DNA of 64,000 bases from Dehalococcoidia bacterium (GTDB lineage: Bacteria > Chloroflexota > Dehalococcoidia > Lucifugimonadales > VXLM01): NCBI GenBank assembly GCA_034423035.1, contig DAOUJF010000011.1, forward strand, positions 9,238 through 73,237. Direction: 5' to 3'. Below, in pieces: positions 7,314 through 16,604 of this stretch. Within the stretch, counting starts at the first letter, position 1. Every line of letters starts with the position of its first letter. The position numbers and the translations under genes were made by a program. Below the pieces are notes generated by a model. It saw nothing but the letters and a program-made list of their open reading frames with translations, did not search any database and was not told the DNA's origin.

Positions 7314-9728
7314 ATGCCAAGTACTAGGTTTACAATCTCTGTAGTCGCCGGTCTCTTACTGGCGTTGGCACTGGTCGCTTGTAGCAGCGACGACGGTGAC
7401 ACCGGTGGCACCACAACGTCACCGGCGCCCGCTCCCGCAGGACCAGCCCCGGCTCCTGCAGGACCAGCACCGGCGCCCGCTCCCGCTCCGGTTGCAGTGC
7501 CGGCGCCCGCGCCCGCACCCGCCCAGGCAGCTCCGGCAGCGCCCGCTGCCCCGGCAGCCCCAGCAGGACCAGCGCCTGAAACGGGACCGACCGCAATGGT
7601 CCCGGCATCGTGCGTGATCTTGGGCGACGTGGTCTCCGACTGCCCGCTCCGAAGCCCGCACGCCTGGAAGCCCGCCAAGCAGCCGGTACCCGGCGAAGTT
7701 TGGGTATACCAGGAGTATGACGGTCCTCGCCCGACTCAGTTCTTCGAGTCCCCGCACTCGGCTCAGTTGGTCAAGGCTGGAGAGATCCCTCCGCTCATGG
7801 AGAGGCTCCCCGTACCTGAGGACGTAGAAGTCATCGCCGGCCCGGACGGCATTGGCGAGTACGGTGGATTCTATCGACAGACTCAGCCGCACTCCTACAT
7901 CGGTGAGTGGATTCTCGCCAGCTGGAACAGGCGTGACTCCCTCGGCGGCTTGATTTGGTTCCCGTGGATCGGCAAGGGCTGGGACGTCAGCGATGACGGA
8001 ACGCTCTGGACGTTCACGATGCGTGAGGGTCTCAAGTGGAGCGACGGTTACGCACTGGACATGGAATCGGTCGAGTTCGCGTGGGAAGTCAACCTCACGC
8101 CCGCTCTCTTCGGCGGCCCCTTGCCGCTGGAGTTCAGCGACCCCGTAACGCAGAACCCGCCGAAGTTCTCCGTAGTTGACGATCTCACCTGGACGCTGGA
8201 GTACGACACCCCGATCTTCACGATCATGGAGTCCCGCGCGACGCCGAGCACCCTGTGTTCGCCTGGTCGCGTGTGCATGGTCTGGCACCCGGAAATGAAG
8301 CGCCTCTACCCGCAGTACGCTGGTCAGGCGGCAATCGACAAGATCATTGCCGAGGGCAACTACACCGACCTTCTTGACATGCTCAGGGGCGAACTCGCCT
8401 TCTGGCAGAACATCGACAGCAACCCCTGCGCGGCCCCTTACTGCAACGTCGAGGAGACCGACTCCCAGGGTCTGTTCATGAAGAACCAGTACCACTGGTT
8501 CGTCGACCCCGAGGGTAACCAGATCCCCTACACCGACGGCGCAGTGATGACCAAGCAGGAGAGCCAGGACGTCATCAAGTTCCGCGCGATGGCCGGTGAG
8601 GAAGACGGACGAACGTCTTCGTTCATCCCCGGTGAGCTTCCGCTCTACATCTCCAACATGGAACGCGGCGACTTCTCGATCTATCACTGGCCGAGCAGCG
8701 GCGGCGCAGACCTGACGACGACGATGCAGCAGACCTACAACGAGGACCCGCGCATCGGTGAGTTGGTCAGGACGCAAGACTTCCGCATTGCTCTGTCTCA
8801 CACGGTAGACAAGGAAGTCCTCAACGACCTCGTCCTTTCCGGCGTCGGCGTGGTGCAGAACCGCGTCCCGCGCCCGAACAACCCGTACTACCCGGGTGAC
8901 GAGTACCGCATGCTCCACATGGAGAAGGACACCAACAAGTCCAACCAGATGCTGGATGCGCTAGGCCTGCACGCTCGTGACGAGGACGGCTTCCGACTCC
9001 ACAAGGACGGATCGGGCACGATCGAGATGCAGATCACGGTCGGGCCGAGCCCGAACCCTGCAGTCTCTCAAGCGGCTGAGATCCTGAGGGCAGCTTGGGA
9101 GGGCGTAGGCATCAAGACCGTCATCGGCGCCGTTCGACAGACGACGCGTGACAGCCTCCAGACGACGGGCATCTCCCGCGACTACTCGGCCTACCAGTAC
9201 AACCCCTGGATGGTCCAGTGGACGAGCCTCGCGCCTCTTACCCGCGGTGACCTTGCGGGCGAGATCGGCAAGTGGTACGCCTCCCGCGGTGAAGAGGGAA
9301 TGGCGCCCACGGGCGGCGATCCCAACTGGCTGCCCCTGGCGGCCGCAGGCGAGTTCCCGGCTGACGCCGGCGGACTGCTCCAGCGCCAGTCGCAGCTGTG
9401 GATCGACGGTCTTGGAGTCAGCAACCTTGACCCGCGACGAGTCGAGATGGGCAAAGAGATGTTCGCCACCAACGCCGACCAGCTTTGGGGCCTGAACTGC
9501 TGCGCCTACTCCGGCGTGTTCCGCGGCGTGTTCATCACGAGGAACAACTTCCGCAACAAGCCGATCACCCACGAACGCGACCACAACGGCTTCACGGCCT
9601 GGGCGCGATTCTTCGAGGACGGTCTGGACAACTTCCATAATCCGGGCAACCGCTCGAAGTACTGCCAGAGCTGGGCATTCATCCAGGGCGGCAGTCCTTA
9701 CGACAAGTGCTCGAAGACCGTCTGGTAG
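7314..9728 (+). CDS. ABC transporter substrate-binding lipoprotein, family 5, with Pro/Ala linker; paralog of 4413-6800
   Basis: ATG 7314 follows a GAGGAGG RBS. Lipobox LVAC. Motifs REGLKWSDG, DPEGNQIPYTD and FRIALSH. Confidence 0.85.
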   Translation: MPSTRFTISVVAGLLLALALVACSSDDGDTGGTTTSPAPAPAGPAPAPAGPAPAPAPAPVAVPAPAPAPAQAAPAAPAAPAAPAGPAPETGPTAMVPASCVILGDVVSDCPLRSPHAWKPAKQPVPGEVWVYQEYDGPRPTQFFESPHSAQLVKAGEIPPLMERLPVPEDVEVIAGPDGIGEYGGFYRQTQPHSYIGEWILASWNRRDSLGGLIWFPWIGKGWDVSDDGTLWTFTMREGLKWSDGYALDMESVEFAWEVNLTPALFGGPLPLEFSDPVTQNPPKFSVVDDLTWTLEYDTPIFTIMESRATPSTLCSPGRVCMVWHPEMKRLYPQYAGQAAIDKIIAEGNYTDLLDMLRGELAFWQNIDSNPCAAPYCNVEETDSQGLFMKNQYHWFVDPEGNQIPYTDGAVMTKQESQDVIKFRAMAGEEDGRTSSFIPGELPLYISNMERGDFSIYHWPSSGGADLTTTMQQTYNEDPRIGELVRTQDFRIALSHTVDKEVLNDLVLSGVGVVQNRVPRPNNPYYPGDEYRMLHMEKDTNKSNQMLDALGLHARDEDGFRLHKDGSGTIEMQITVGPSPNPAVSQAAEILRAAWEGVGIKTVIGAVRQTTRDSLQTTGISRDYSAYQYNPWMVQWTSLAPLTRGDLAGEIGKWYASRGEEGMAPTGGDPNWLPLAAAGEFPADAGGLLQRQSQLWIDGLGVSNLDPRRVEMGKEMFATNADQLWGLNCCAYSGVFRGVFITRNNFRNKPITHERDHNGFTAWARFFEDGLDNFHNPGNRSKYCQSWAFIQGGSPYDKCSKTVW

Positions 9729-9767
9729 AGTCCTAGCGGAAAAGACTAGGCAGCTAAGCCTAAAGAA

Positions 9768-9801
9768 GACAGGTCCGTCGGTATCCGGCGGGCCTGTTTT
9801 T
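9768..9801 (+). terminator. Intrinsic terminator
   Basis: gacaggtccgtcgg-tatc-cggcgggcctgt followed by a T-tract. Confidence 0.7.
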
Positions 9802-9993
9802 CGTGTCGTCGGCGAACCGCATCCTCTTGTGAACTCCTCGCAGGTCCTCGACAAAGCGGGCTGAAGTCATCCAGACCGAGGCCATATCGCAGCCTCTTCC
9901 TGTTGGTTGACTCTTCCCTCGGTGTTGCCATGTCCGACCGTCCGACGTACTATATCCGGCGCCAACACAGAATCCACGATTGAGGGACGTCAC

Positions 9994-10839
9994 ATGCTTA
10001 CACCAGGTCAGGTTGCCCACTTCAAGACCTTCGGGTTCCTGTTCATCCCCAAGCTCTTCTCAGCAGATGAGGTAGCCTCGATCACGGAGACCGCTGACAA
10101 TCTGTGGCTAAGGCTCCGCGACGGCAAACCGCTGAACCCGGAAGATGGTCAGGCCGTGGGGGCATTCGTCGAGCAAGACCCTGCGCTCACGGCGATGGTC
10201 ACCGACGATCGCATTTTCGAGGCCGCGGAGAGCATACTCGGCCCCGGTTTCGTCTGGGCAGGCTCGGAGGGCAACGTTACCGTCAACTCCGAGCACCCAT
10301 GGCACCCTGACCGCCCCGGCGACCACGAGGAAATCTCCTACACCCGCCTCAAGGTGAACCTCTACCTGGATCCCATTCGAGAGGAAAACGGATGCCTTCG
10401 CGTCATACCCGGATCGCACAGGATGCCTCTGCACGGCGAGATCGAGCCGGATGCCAAGCATCAGCGCCGTGGCTTGTCCGTGCGTCCGTTCGAGGTGCCG
10501 GGACCGAACATGCCCAGCGTATCTTTGGAGTCCAACCCCGGCGACGCGATTTTCTTCAACCAGAGCATATGGCACGCGATTTTCAACGGCTGGGCCGGCA
10601 GACGATACATCGCCTTGAAATTCGCCGCACGTCCACAGACCGACAATCACCTCGCATCCCTCCACTACTATGCCGGCAATATGTTTGACCCCGATCCCGG
10701 CTGGCTCGCCAGTGAGGACGCAAGAATACAGGAGATGGTCGGAGACCTCCCTTCCTTAGGCGCGAAGAAGGTCCACAAGTTCGTACCGTTCCGAGACGAC
10801 AGACCGAATATGGACGATAGACCCAAAATGATGAGTTGA
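9994..10839 (+). CDS. Phytanoyl-CoA dioxygenase (PhyH) family Fe(II)/2OG dioxygenase
   Basis: Start moved to ATG 9994 after GAGGG. HFKTFGFL N-terminus, WHPD (HxD), GCLRVIPGSH and distal His in IWHA. Confidence 0.85.
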   Translation: MLTPGQVAHFKTFGFLFIPKLFSADEVASITETADNLWLRLRDGKPLNPEDGQAVGAFVEQDPALTAMVTDDRIFEAAESILGPGFVWAGSEGNVTVNSEHPWHPDRPGDHEEISYTRLKVNLYLDPIREENGCLRVIPGSHRMPLHGEIEPDAKHQRRGLSVRPFEVPGPNMPSVSLESNPGDAIFFNQSIWHAIFNGWAGRRYIALKFAARPQTDNHLASLHYYAGNMFDPDPGWLASEDARIQEMVGDLPSLGAKKVHKFVPFRDDRPNMDDRPKMMS

Positions 10840-10902
10840 CTGGGCACGAGTCGGACGGCCCCTCAGAACGGCCTCCACCAAATATCGCGATAGGAGTACG
10901 CC

Positions 10903-12993
10903 ATGACAACCTTCCCTCACCCCGTACCGGCCGGCAACGCAGGAGACGGTTCGCCCCTCGTCCTGGGCGATGAGGACGTTATCGGCGACCTGTTTGCGGG
11001 AGGCTCCGCCGTTCGAGTCCTGGACTGGGATGCAGACGGCGAGCCTGAAATCGTCGTTACCGGCGGCAACGGCAACATCTACAGCTACAAGTTCATTGGA
11101 GAGATCGACGATGGAACGCCCATCGTCGACCGCGGACTGCAGTGGGGCGAAGTGTCCCGCGCTCTTCACAGGAACGAGCGGGACAAGGGTCTCGTCGGCA
11201 CCGTCGTCGTAGCGGCAGACTTCGACGGCGACGGACAGATCGAAGTCATTCTGTCTCCACGGGGATACTCGCAGAAGTCCGTAGCGGCCATATCCGTAGA
11301 GAACGGCCCCCCGGCGACACGAGACGAAGGACGGCCCGTAACCCTCAAAGGGCGGGACGGGGACGCCGGTTTCGGCAGAGGGGCCACGGCCGCACTCGAC
11401 TGGAACGGCGACGGCGTCGTCGATCTCGTCGTGCTCGACTCCGGGGATGGCGAGATGTGGGCCAAGAGCCCTGAGGGTATCGTCCCGGAGGACCAGCGCG
11501 ACCGCTACGACAAGGACGGCAAGTGGTTCTCGAAGTTCGGCACGGCTTCTCTCCACCTCTATCGCAACACGAGCAGCGACGGCAGCATCGAGTTTACCTA
11601 CGCGGGTAAGGTCGATGTCGACGTGCCCCGGCATACCTTCCACATCAGCGAGGTCAACCCCAACGACCCGACCGCGGGCATCCTGCTGCTCAACTACTAC
11701 GGCCAGATCAACCACGTGCCAATCACCGCGATCGGCGACGACCCCGAGTGGGGAGAGGCCGCTGAGATCTTCACACTCCACGGAGAACCGTTCAGCCGGA
11801 TCGCCACCTTCCAGGGGAGCATTGGCGTATCCGACGCGCTCGAAGCCGGACGCTTCGACATCTTCGCGGCAGACAACGCCGGAAACGTCGAGTGGGCGCG
11901 GTCCTACGGTCAGGACGACGACGGCAGGCCAATCTACAATACGCCTCGCAAGCTCAAACAGCACAACCCGCACGTCAACGGCGGGGTCTTCTCCGTTCCC
12001 ACAGTTGGCGACTGGCGAGACACCGGAATGCAGGACATCCTCGTCGGGAGTATCGAGGGCTACATCTTCTGGTACAAGACGCTTTCGACGAACCCCTTGA
12101 GATTCGCGCCGCCGGAGCGCGTTCGCTATGGAACGACCGAGATCCGCCGTCTCGCTACGCCCTACCCCGCCGGAGGACAGCACTGGGGCGGCTCACAGAG
12201 TCCATACGACGGCGATACCGGGGGATACAGCAACCCAGTCCTGGCAGACTGGAACGGGAACGGGCTCCTCGATCTCGTCGTCTGCGACATGGTCAGCCTC
12301 TACGAGTGGTACCCCAACTGGGGGACCAAGTCTACGCCGGAGCTCGGTCCACCTCAGCGACTCCATTTCACCGACGGCACGCCTCTCTTCGGCCCGTGGC
12401 GGCAGCAGCCCGGCATCGGTCACCTCACCGACGGCGACCTGCCGGACATCGTCATCCAGGACCCCGACCTCGATCTCGCCCTCTACAGGCGAGCAGGCAG
12501 CGACGACCTCTCAAGCCTGCTCCCGGGAGAAAAGCTCCGCTACGAGGACGGCTCGACCATCAAGACGCACGGCATCTACACGCCGCCGGGCGGTGACGGT
12601 CGAGGCAGGACCAAGCTCAACGTCATTGACTGGGACGGCGACGGCCTCCTCGACCTGCTCATCGGCGTGGGGCCTCAGCACGGCAGCCCGTACCGGGGCA
12701 GCTACATCCTCTTCGCCAAGAACGTCGGCACGAAGACACAACCCGTCTTCAGGAAGCCGGATGTCCTAGTATTCGACGCCGAAGGCAACCCCCTGGAGTT
12801 CTGGCGACATGGCGTACACATGGCCCCCGTCGATTGGGAGGACGGCGGCAATCTCGGGCTGATCGCAGGGGCGGACCACGGCCACATCTGGTACTGGCGA
12901 CCCCAGCACTTCGGCAGTCCCGCGAGTGGAGACCCGACAGCGCCGGAACGGCCCGTGGGAGAAGAAGGCTTCGGCCCGCGCGAAGACGATTAG
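10903..12993 (+). CDS. FG-GAP/VCBS repeat (beta-propeller-like) protein
   Basis: Repeated DWDGDG/DFDGDG/DWNGNG..DL motifs across 696 aa, GGAG RBS, no signal peptide. Confidence 0.8.
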   Translation: MTTFPHPVPAGNAGDGSPLVLGDEDVIGDLFAGGSAVRVLDWDADGEPEIVVTGGNGNIYSYKFIGEIDDGTPIVDRGLQWGEVSRALHRNERDKGLVGTVVVAADFDGDGQIEVILSPRGYSQKSVAAISVENGPPATRDEGRPVTLKGRDGDAGFGRGATAALDWNGDGVVDLVVLDSGDGEMWAKSPEGIVPEDQRDRYDKDGKWFSKFGTASLHLYRNTSSDGSIEFTYAGKVDVDVPRHTFHISEVNPNDPTAGILLLNYYGQINHVPITAIGDDPEWGEAAEIFTLHGEPFSRIATFQGSIGVSDALEAGRFDIFAADNAGNVEWARSYGQDDDGRPIYNTPRKLKQHNPHVNGGVFSVPTVGDWRDTGMQDILVGSIEGYIFWYKTLSTNPLRFAPPERVRYGTTEIRRLATPYPAGGQHWGGSQSPYDGDTGGYSNPVLADWNGNGLLDLVVCDMVSLYEWYPNWGTKSTPELGPPQRLHFTDGTPLFGPWRQQPGIGHLTDGDLPDIVIQDPDLDLALYRRAGSDDLSSLLPGEKLRYEDGSTIKTHGIYTPPGGDGRGRTKLNVIDWDGDGLLDLLIGVGPQHGSPYRGSYILFAKNVGTKTQPVFRKPDVLVFDAEGNPLEFWRHGVHMAPVDWEDGGNLGLIAGADHGHIWYWRPQHFGSPASGDPTAPERPVGEEGFGPREDD

Positions 12994-13017
12994 CCGCCTC
13001 TGGGTTTATTTCCAACG

Positions 13018-13503
13018 ATGCCGACACCGAAGCCGCTGGAGATTCCGCGAGATATCCTCGAAGAGATATATCGGCAAGCCCGTAGGGAGTACCCTAACGA
13101 GTGTTGCGGCTGGCTAGCGGGCGACAGGGACGCCCCTGCCGTGAGCATCGTCCGCGCCTGTGTAAACGTGCAGGCACAGGGAGGCCATCCGTCGGCTCCA
13201 AGCCGCACGGCAGAGACCGCCTACGTCTTCGGCGCTCAGGACCTCATGGACCTGAATCGAAGCATCGATTCCGACACTCCCGCCCGGATCATCTACCACT
13301 CGCACCCGAACGGAATGGCGTACCTCTCTGATATTGACCGTGGCGTCGCCACCAGCCCCTGGGGAGACGGCCCCGCCTACCCGGTCCAGCAGCTCGTCAT
13401 CGGTATCGACGCCCACCGAGTTGTGTCCTCCGCCCTCTATGACTGGTCGGAGGAGGTGGGAGACTTTGTCGAAATTGCCCGTTTTGAAGGTGCGGAGATT
13501 TAG
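13018..13503 (+). CDS. JAB/MPN (Mov34) metalloprotease, Mec-like
   Basis: EYPNECCG N-terminal motif and the JAMM motif YHSHPNGMAYLSDID (HxH-x7-S-x2-D). Confidence 0.88.
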   Translation: MPTPKPLEIPRDILEEIYRQARREYPNECCGWLAGDRDAPAVSIVRACVNVQAQGGHPSAPSRTAETAYVFGAQDLMDLNRSIDSDTPARIIYHSHPNGMAYLSDIDRGVATSPWGDGPAYPVQQLVIGIDAHRVVSSALYDWSEEVGDFVEIARFEGAEI

Positions 13504-13669
13504 GTCTGCTATTTGCATCGTCATACCCTCGCAATTAGAAATTCCCCTCACCCCGGCCCCCGCCGGTCGAAGGGTGAAACCTCTGTCCCCATTGAATTAA
13601 CTGCTTCGTCCGAATACAATCGGGCGACTATTCATACTGTGCCCGGCGCCTGACCGGAGCGGAGGAAAC

Positions 13670-14761
13670 ATGGCCGACGAAAAGTTGAGAGTGGCAATCA
13701 TTGGCTGCGGTCGTATGGGCCAGCACTACACCGAGGTCTATAACACCTTCGAAAATACCGAGGTTGTGGCCATCGCCGAATACAACGAGGACAGATTGAA
13801 GGTCGTCGGGGAACGGTTCGGCGTCACCGCGCTCTTCAGGGACGCCGAGGAGATGTACCAGAAGATGGACGAGGTACCGGACCTCGCGGTCGTCGTCCTG
13901 CCCGGCAAGTTCATCAAGGACGCCGTAATCGCCTCCGCTCAGGCGGGCGTGCGAGGCGTTTCCACCGACAAGCCCATTGGCGCGACGCTCTCCGACGTAG
14001 ACGATATGATCGAGGCTTGCGATGAGCGAGGTGTCGTCTTCCACGGCGGGAACCTCCAGCGCGCCCGTGCCGACGTTCAGGAGGCCGCAAGCTGGCTCCG
14101 TAACGGCGACTACGGAAATATCCAGGGCGCAACGGTCAGCGGGTGGGGAGGAGAGATTTCCGGCGGCGGATGCCAGCACATCGCCGTTCTCAGGCTCCTG
14201 ACGAATGCCGAGATCACAGAGGTCATCGCGTGGGGCAAGCCGCAGGAGTCACTGGAGGCGAATGAGGACAGTGGACTCATCATCAATGGTCGGTTCAAGA
14301 TGAGCACGGGCATCGAGACGACCGTCTACGGCGAGCCGACTCCCGGTCGCGGCGTCGACGTCTGGACGGAGGACTCCCTCCTGCGCTGGGACTGGGGCGA
14401 TGTCATGGACATCTACCAGGGGTTCGACGACAACGGCGCACGCATCAAGTCTGATCGTGCGTTCACGCCGTTTGCGTGGCCGAAATATGGGTACCTCGCG
14501 AGCTCGATCCTGTCATTCATCTCGGCCGTCGAGAACGGTACGGAGATGGCGATTTCCGGCTACGATTTGCTCAGGTCGCTCGAGGCAGCCATAGCCGCCA
14601 AATACTCGGCCCTGTGGGGTTCCGTGCCCCTCTCGCTGCCGCTTGAGGACCGCTCGATGACACTCTACCCGCGTCCCTACCGCTGGCTCGGCGGAGACCA
14701 CTCCGGCAGGTACCAGACGCCGGACGAGGCGCGCGCATACGAACTCTTCGCGAAGGGGTAG
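13670..14761 (+). CDS. Gfo/Idh/MocA family oxidoreductase
   Basis: IIGCGRMG Rossmann motif, DKPI motif, GGAGG RBS. Confidence 0.9.
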   Translation: MADEKLRVAIIGCGRMGQHYTEVYNTFENTEVVAIAEYNEDRLKVVGERFGVTALFRDAEEMYQKMDEVPDLAVVVLPGKFIKDAVIASAQAGVRGVSTDKPIGATLSDVDDMIEACDERGVVFHGGNLQRARADVQEAASWLRNGDYGNIQGATVSGWGGEISGGGCQHIAVLRLLTNAEITEVIAWGKPQESLEANEDSGLIINGRFKMSTGIETTVYGEPTPGRGVDVWTEDSLLRWDWGDVMDIYQGFDDNGARIKSDRAFTPFAWPKYGYLASSILSFISAVENGTEMAISGYDLLRSLEAAIAAKYSALWGSVPLSLPLEDRSMTLYPRPYRWLGGDHSGRYQTPDEARAYELFAKG

Positions 14762-14794
14762 TGCGACTTCCTTCCCTTCACGAAGAACGCCGAC

Positions 14795-15847
14795 CTACCC
14801 GGCCGGCTCCGCCATCGTCAGTATTCTTGCCGCGTTGTGGATGAGCAGGCGGTCGATGTCTTCGTCCGAGAAACCGCGCGTCTTCAGCCACGGCACCATT
14901 CGCCTGATGATATAGAAGTACCCCGGTCCCCCGTACGCGGTGAGCCTGCGCTTCGACGCAACGTCGTGGCCCGTGAGTATCTTGTCACCGTAGCCGTGCT
15001 CGATCATGAAGGCAATCACCTCCGCGCGGTCTGCGTCGTTGAGCATGGTGATCTTCGGGTTCGGCGGATAAAACGGCAGACCGGAGCTGAAGTGGTCCCA
15101 TTCGAGATAACAGCCTGACTCTGCGATGCTGAGGAGGACTTGCCGGTCCATTACCGTCCTATCGAGATGTCCGATGATGGTGCGGCACGGATCGCCCCCT
15201 GCGCCTGCGATGACCTCGATGATCTCTTCCGGCGAGGGCTCGTCGCGCCCCGGATGGATGAGGATCGCCGCTCCCGTAGCCCTCTGCGCCCTCGCGGAGG
15301 CCCGGAGCACCTTGCGCTCGTTGTCCGACAGCGGGTAGGAGCAACCGACCTCTCCGATGATCCCCGCTCTGATGCCGGTTGAGCCGACGCCGACGGATAT
15401 ATCCCGAACGATCTCCTCGAAGATTGCGTCTTCCGAGATATCGTCCATGTCGGGCGGGTGCGCCTCTTTGACGTAGTACGACGACCCCATGATGATGTGG
15501 ATGCCGGTGGCCTGCGATATGCGCGCGAGACCCTCGGGGTTCCGGCTGAGCCCGATGCTCGACGCCTCCACGATTGCACCGCCGCCGTGACGCTTGTACA
15601 GGTCAATCTCAGCGATGGCCGTGTCGATATCGTCCAACCGCAGGTTGTCGAGATTGGCGGCAAAGTAGTAGCTGAGGTAGCCCAGGATGTCCATCCGCAT
15701 GGGCGCGTGAAACATCTCACGCTCGAAGGGGTCCTCCGGCTCGACGGCGATGTGCGATAGGTCCGAGAGGATATGCTCGTGCGTGTGGGTGACGCCCAGC
15801 GATTCCGGCTCGACGGGGCCGAGTACCGTTTGGACGTATCCGGCCAT
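14795..15847 (-). CDS. Phosphotriesterase-family (Php-like) metallohydrolase
   Basis: VQTVLGPV start, HEH metal motif, GIIGEVG (Glu-type bridge), IHPGR, GHLD and GHD ligands. Alternative start at 15865. Confidence 0.9.
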   Translation of the reverse strand: MAGYVQTVLGPVEPESLGVTHTHEHILSDLSHIAVEPEDPFEREMFHAPMRMDILGYLSYYFAANLDNLRLDDIDTAIAEIDLYKRHGGGAIVEASSIGLSRNPEGLARISQATGIHIIMGSSYYVKEAHPPDMDDISEDAIFEEIVRDISVGVGSTGIRAGIIGEVGCSYPLSDNERKVLRASARAQRATGAAILIHPGRDEPSPEEIIEVIAGAGGDPCRTIIGHLDRTVMDRQVLLSIAESGCYLEWDHFSSGLPFYPPNPKITMLNDADRAEVIAFMIEHGYGDKILTGHDVASKRRLTAYGGPGYFYIIRRMVPWLKTRGFSDEDIDRLLIHNAARILTMAEPAG

Positions 15848-15904
15848 CTTCTCGATATCAAGCATGTCTGAATTCGCTGTCGACACGTCGCAACACACTC
15901 AGCC

Positions 15905-16591
15905 CTACGAGTCTACGGCTACGGCCTCTGGTGGTTTGGCAACTATAGCCTCAAGTCGCTCACGGGTTTCCGGCTGTTCGGAGTCGGCGTCCAATAGGCT
16001 TTCGAGAGAGTCCGCGAGTCTATGAGATTCAATCGCCCTTAGCTGGCTCGGCAGTTCACGCCTCGAAGCCGGGAATATACCAGCTTCTAAGAGTTCCGCC
16101 CAAGCCAGATGCGTCAAGTATGATATGGCCTGCTCCAGAGCGGCATCTATGTCCCCTATTTCAAGGACATTCAAGAACCGTCTGCGAGTATCCCTTGCTC
16201 TCACGCGAGGGACCTCAGGAGAGGGCAAGGGCAGTTCGTCTTTCCAGCGGCTCAGCGTCATGTCCCAAAAACCGCTTCGTTGGAATAAGACTTGGCCGTA
16301 CCTGACAGCCCACCCCAGGACGTCGTGGCCTTCTGCTATTAGCCTGTCCACATCATCCGCTCGATAGACGCGCAGGTCGACCTCCATAGGCCGCGAACGG
16401 CTGAGGTTGAGGGGTTCCCTGCATATCACCACGAGATCGAGGTCGGCGGTCACCGCGTTCGGTCGGACGGCAGAGCCAATGGCTATGACGGCTGCGATGC
16501 TGGGGTCATCCCGCGCCGAGGCCAAGAAGCTCTCAGTCCACTGCATCGACGCTTCCGTGGGCCATCGAATTGTCAGACTCTGGGCAATCAT
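15905..16591 (-). CDS. MNT-type nucleotidyltransferase with C-terminal helical extension (putative antitoxin)
   Basis: IGSAVR...ADLDLVV (GS-x-DxD) motif. Lies directly downstream of a HEPN-like gene and is visibly more AT-rich than its flanks. Confidence 0.7.
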   Translation of the reverse strand: MIAQSLTIRWPTEASMQWTESFLASARDDPSIAAVIAIGSAVRPNAVTADLDLVVICREPLNLSRSRPMEVDLRVYRADDVDRLIAEGHDVLGWAVRYGQVLFQRSGFWDMTLSRWKDELPLPSPEVPRVRARDTRRRFLNVLEIGDIDAALEQAISYLTHLAWAELLEAGIFPASRRELPSQLRAIESHRLADSLESLLDADSEQPETRERLEAIVAKPPEAVAVDS

Positions 16592-16604
16592 ATCGGTTGG
16601 TCCA

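Noticed and set aside
13018-13503. JAB gene as CBASS Cap3 or part of a ubiquitin-like defence system
   Set aside because: No CD-NTase, E1/E2 or effector gene is nearby, and the sequence looks Mec-like.
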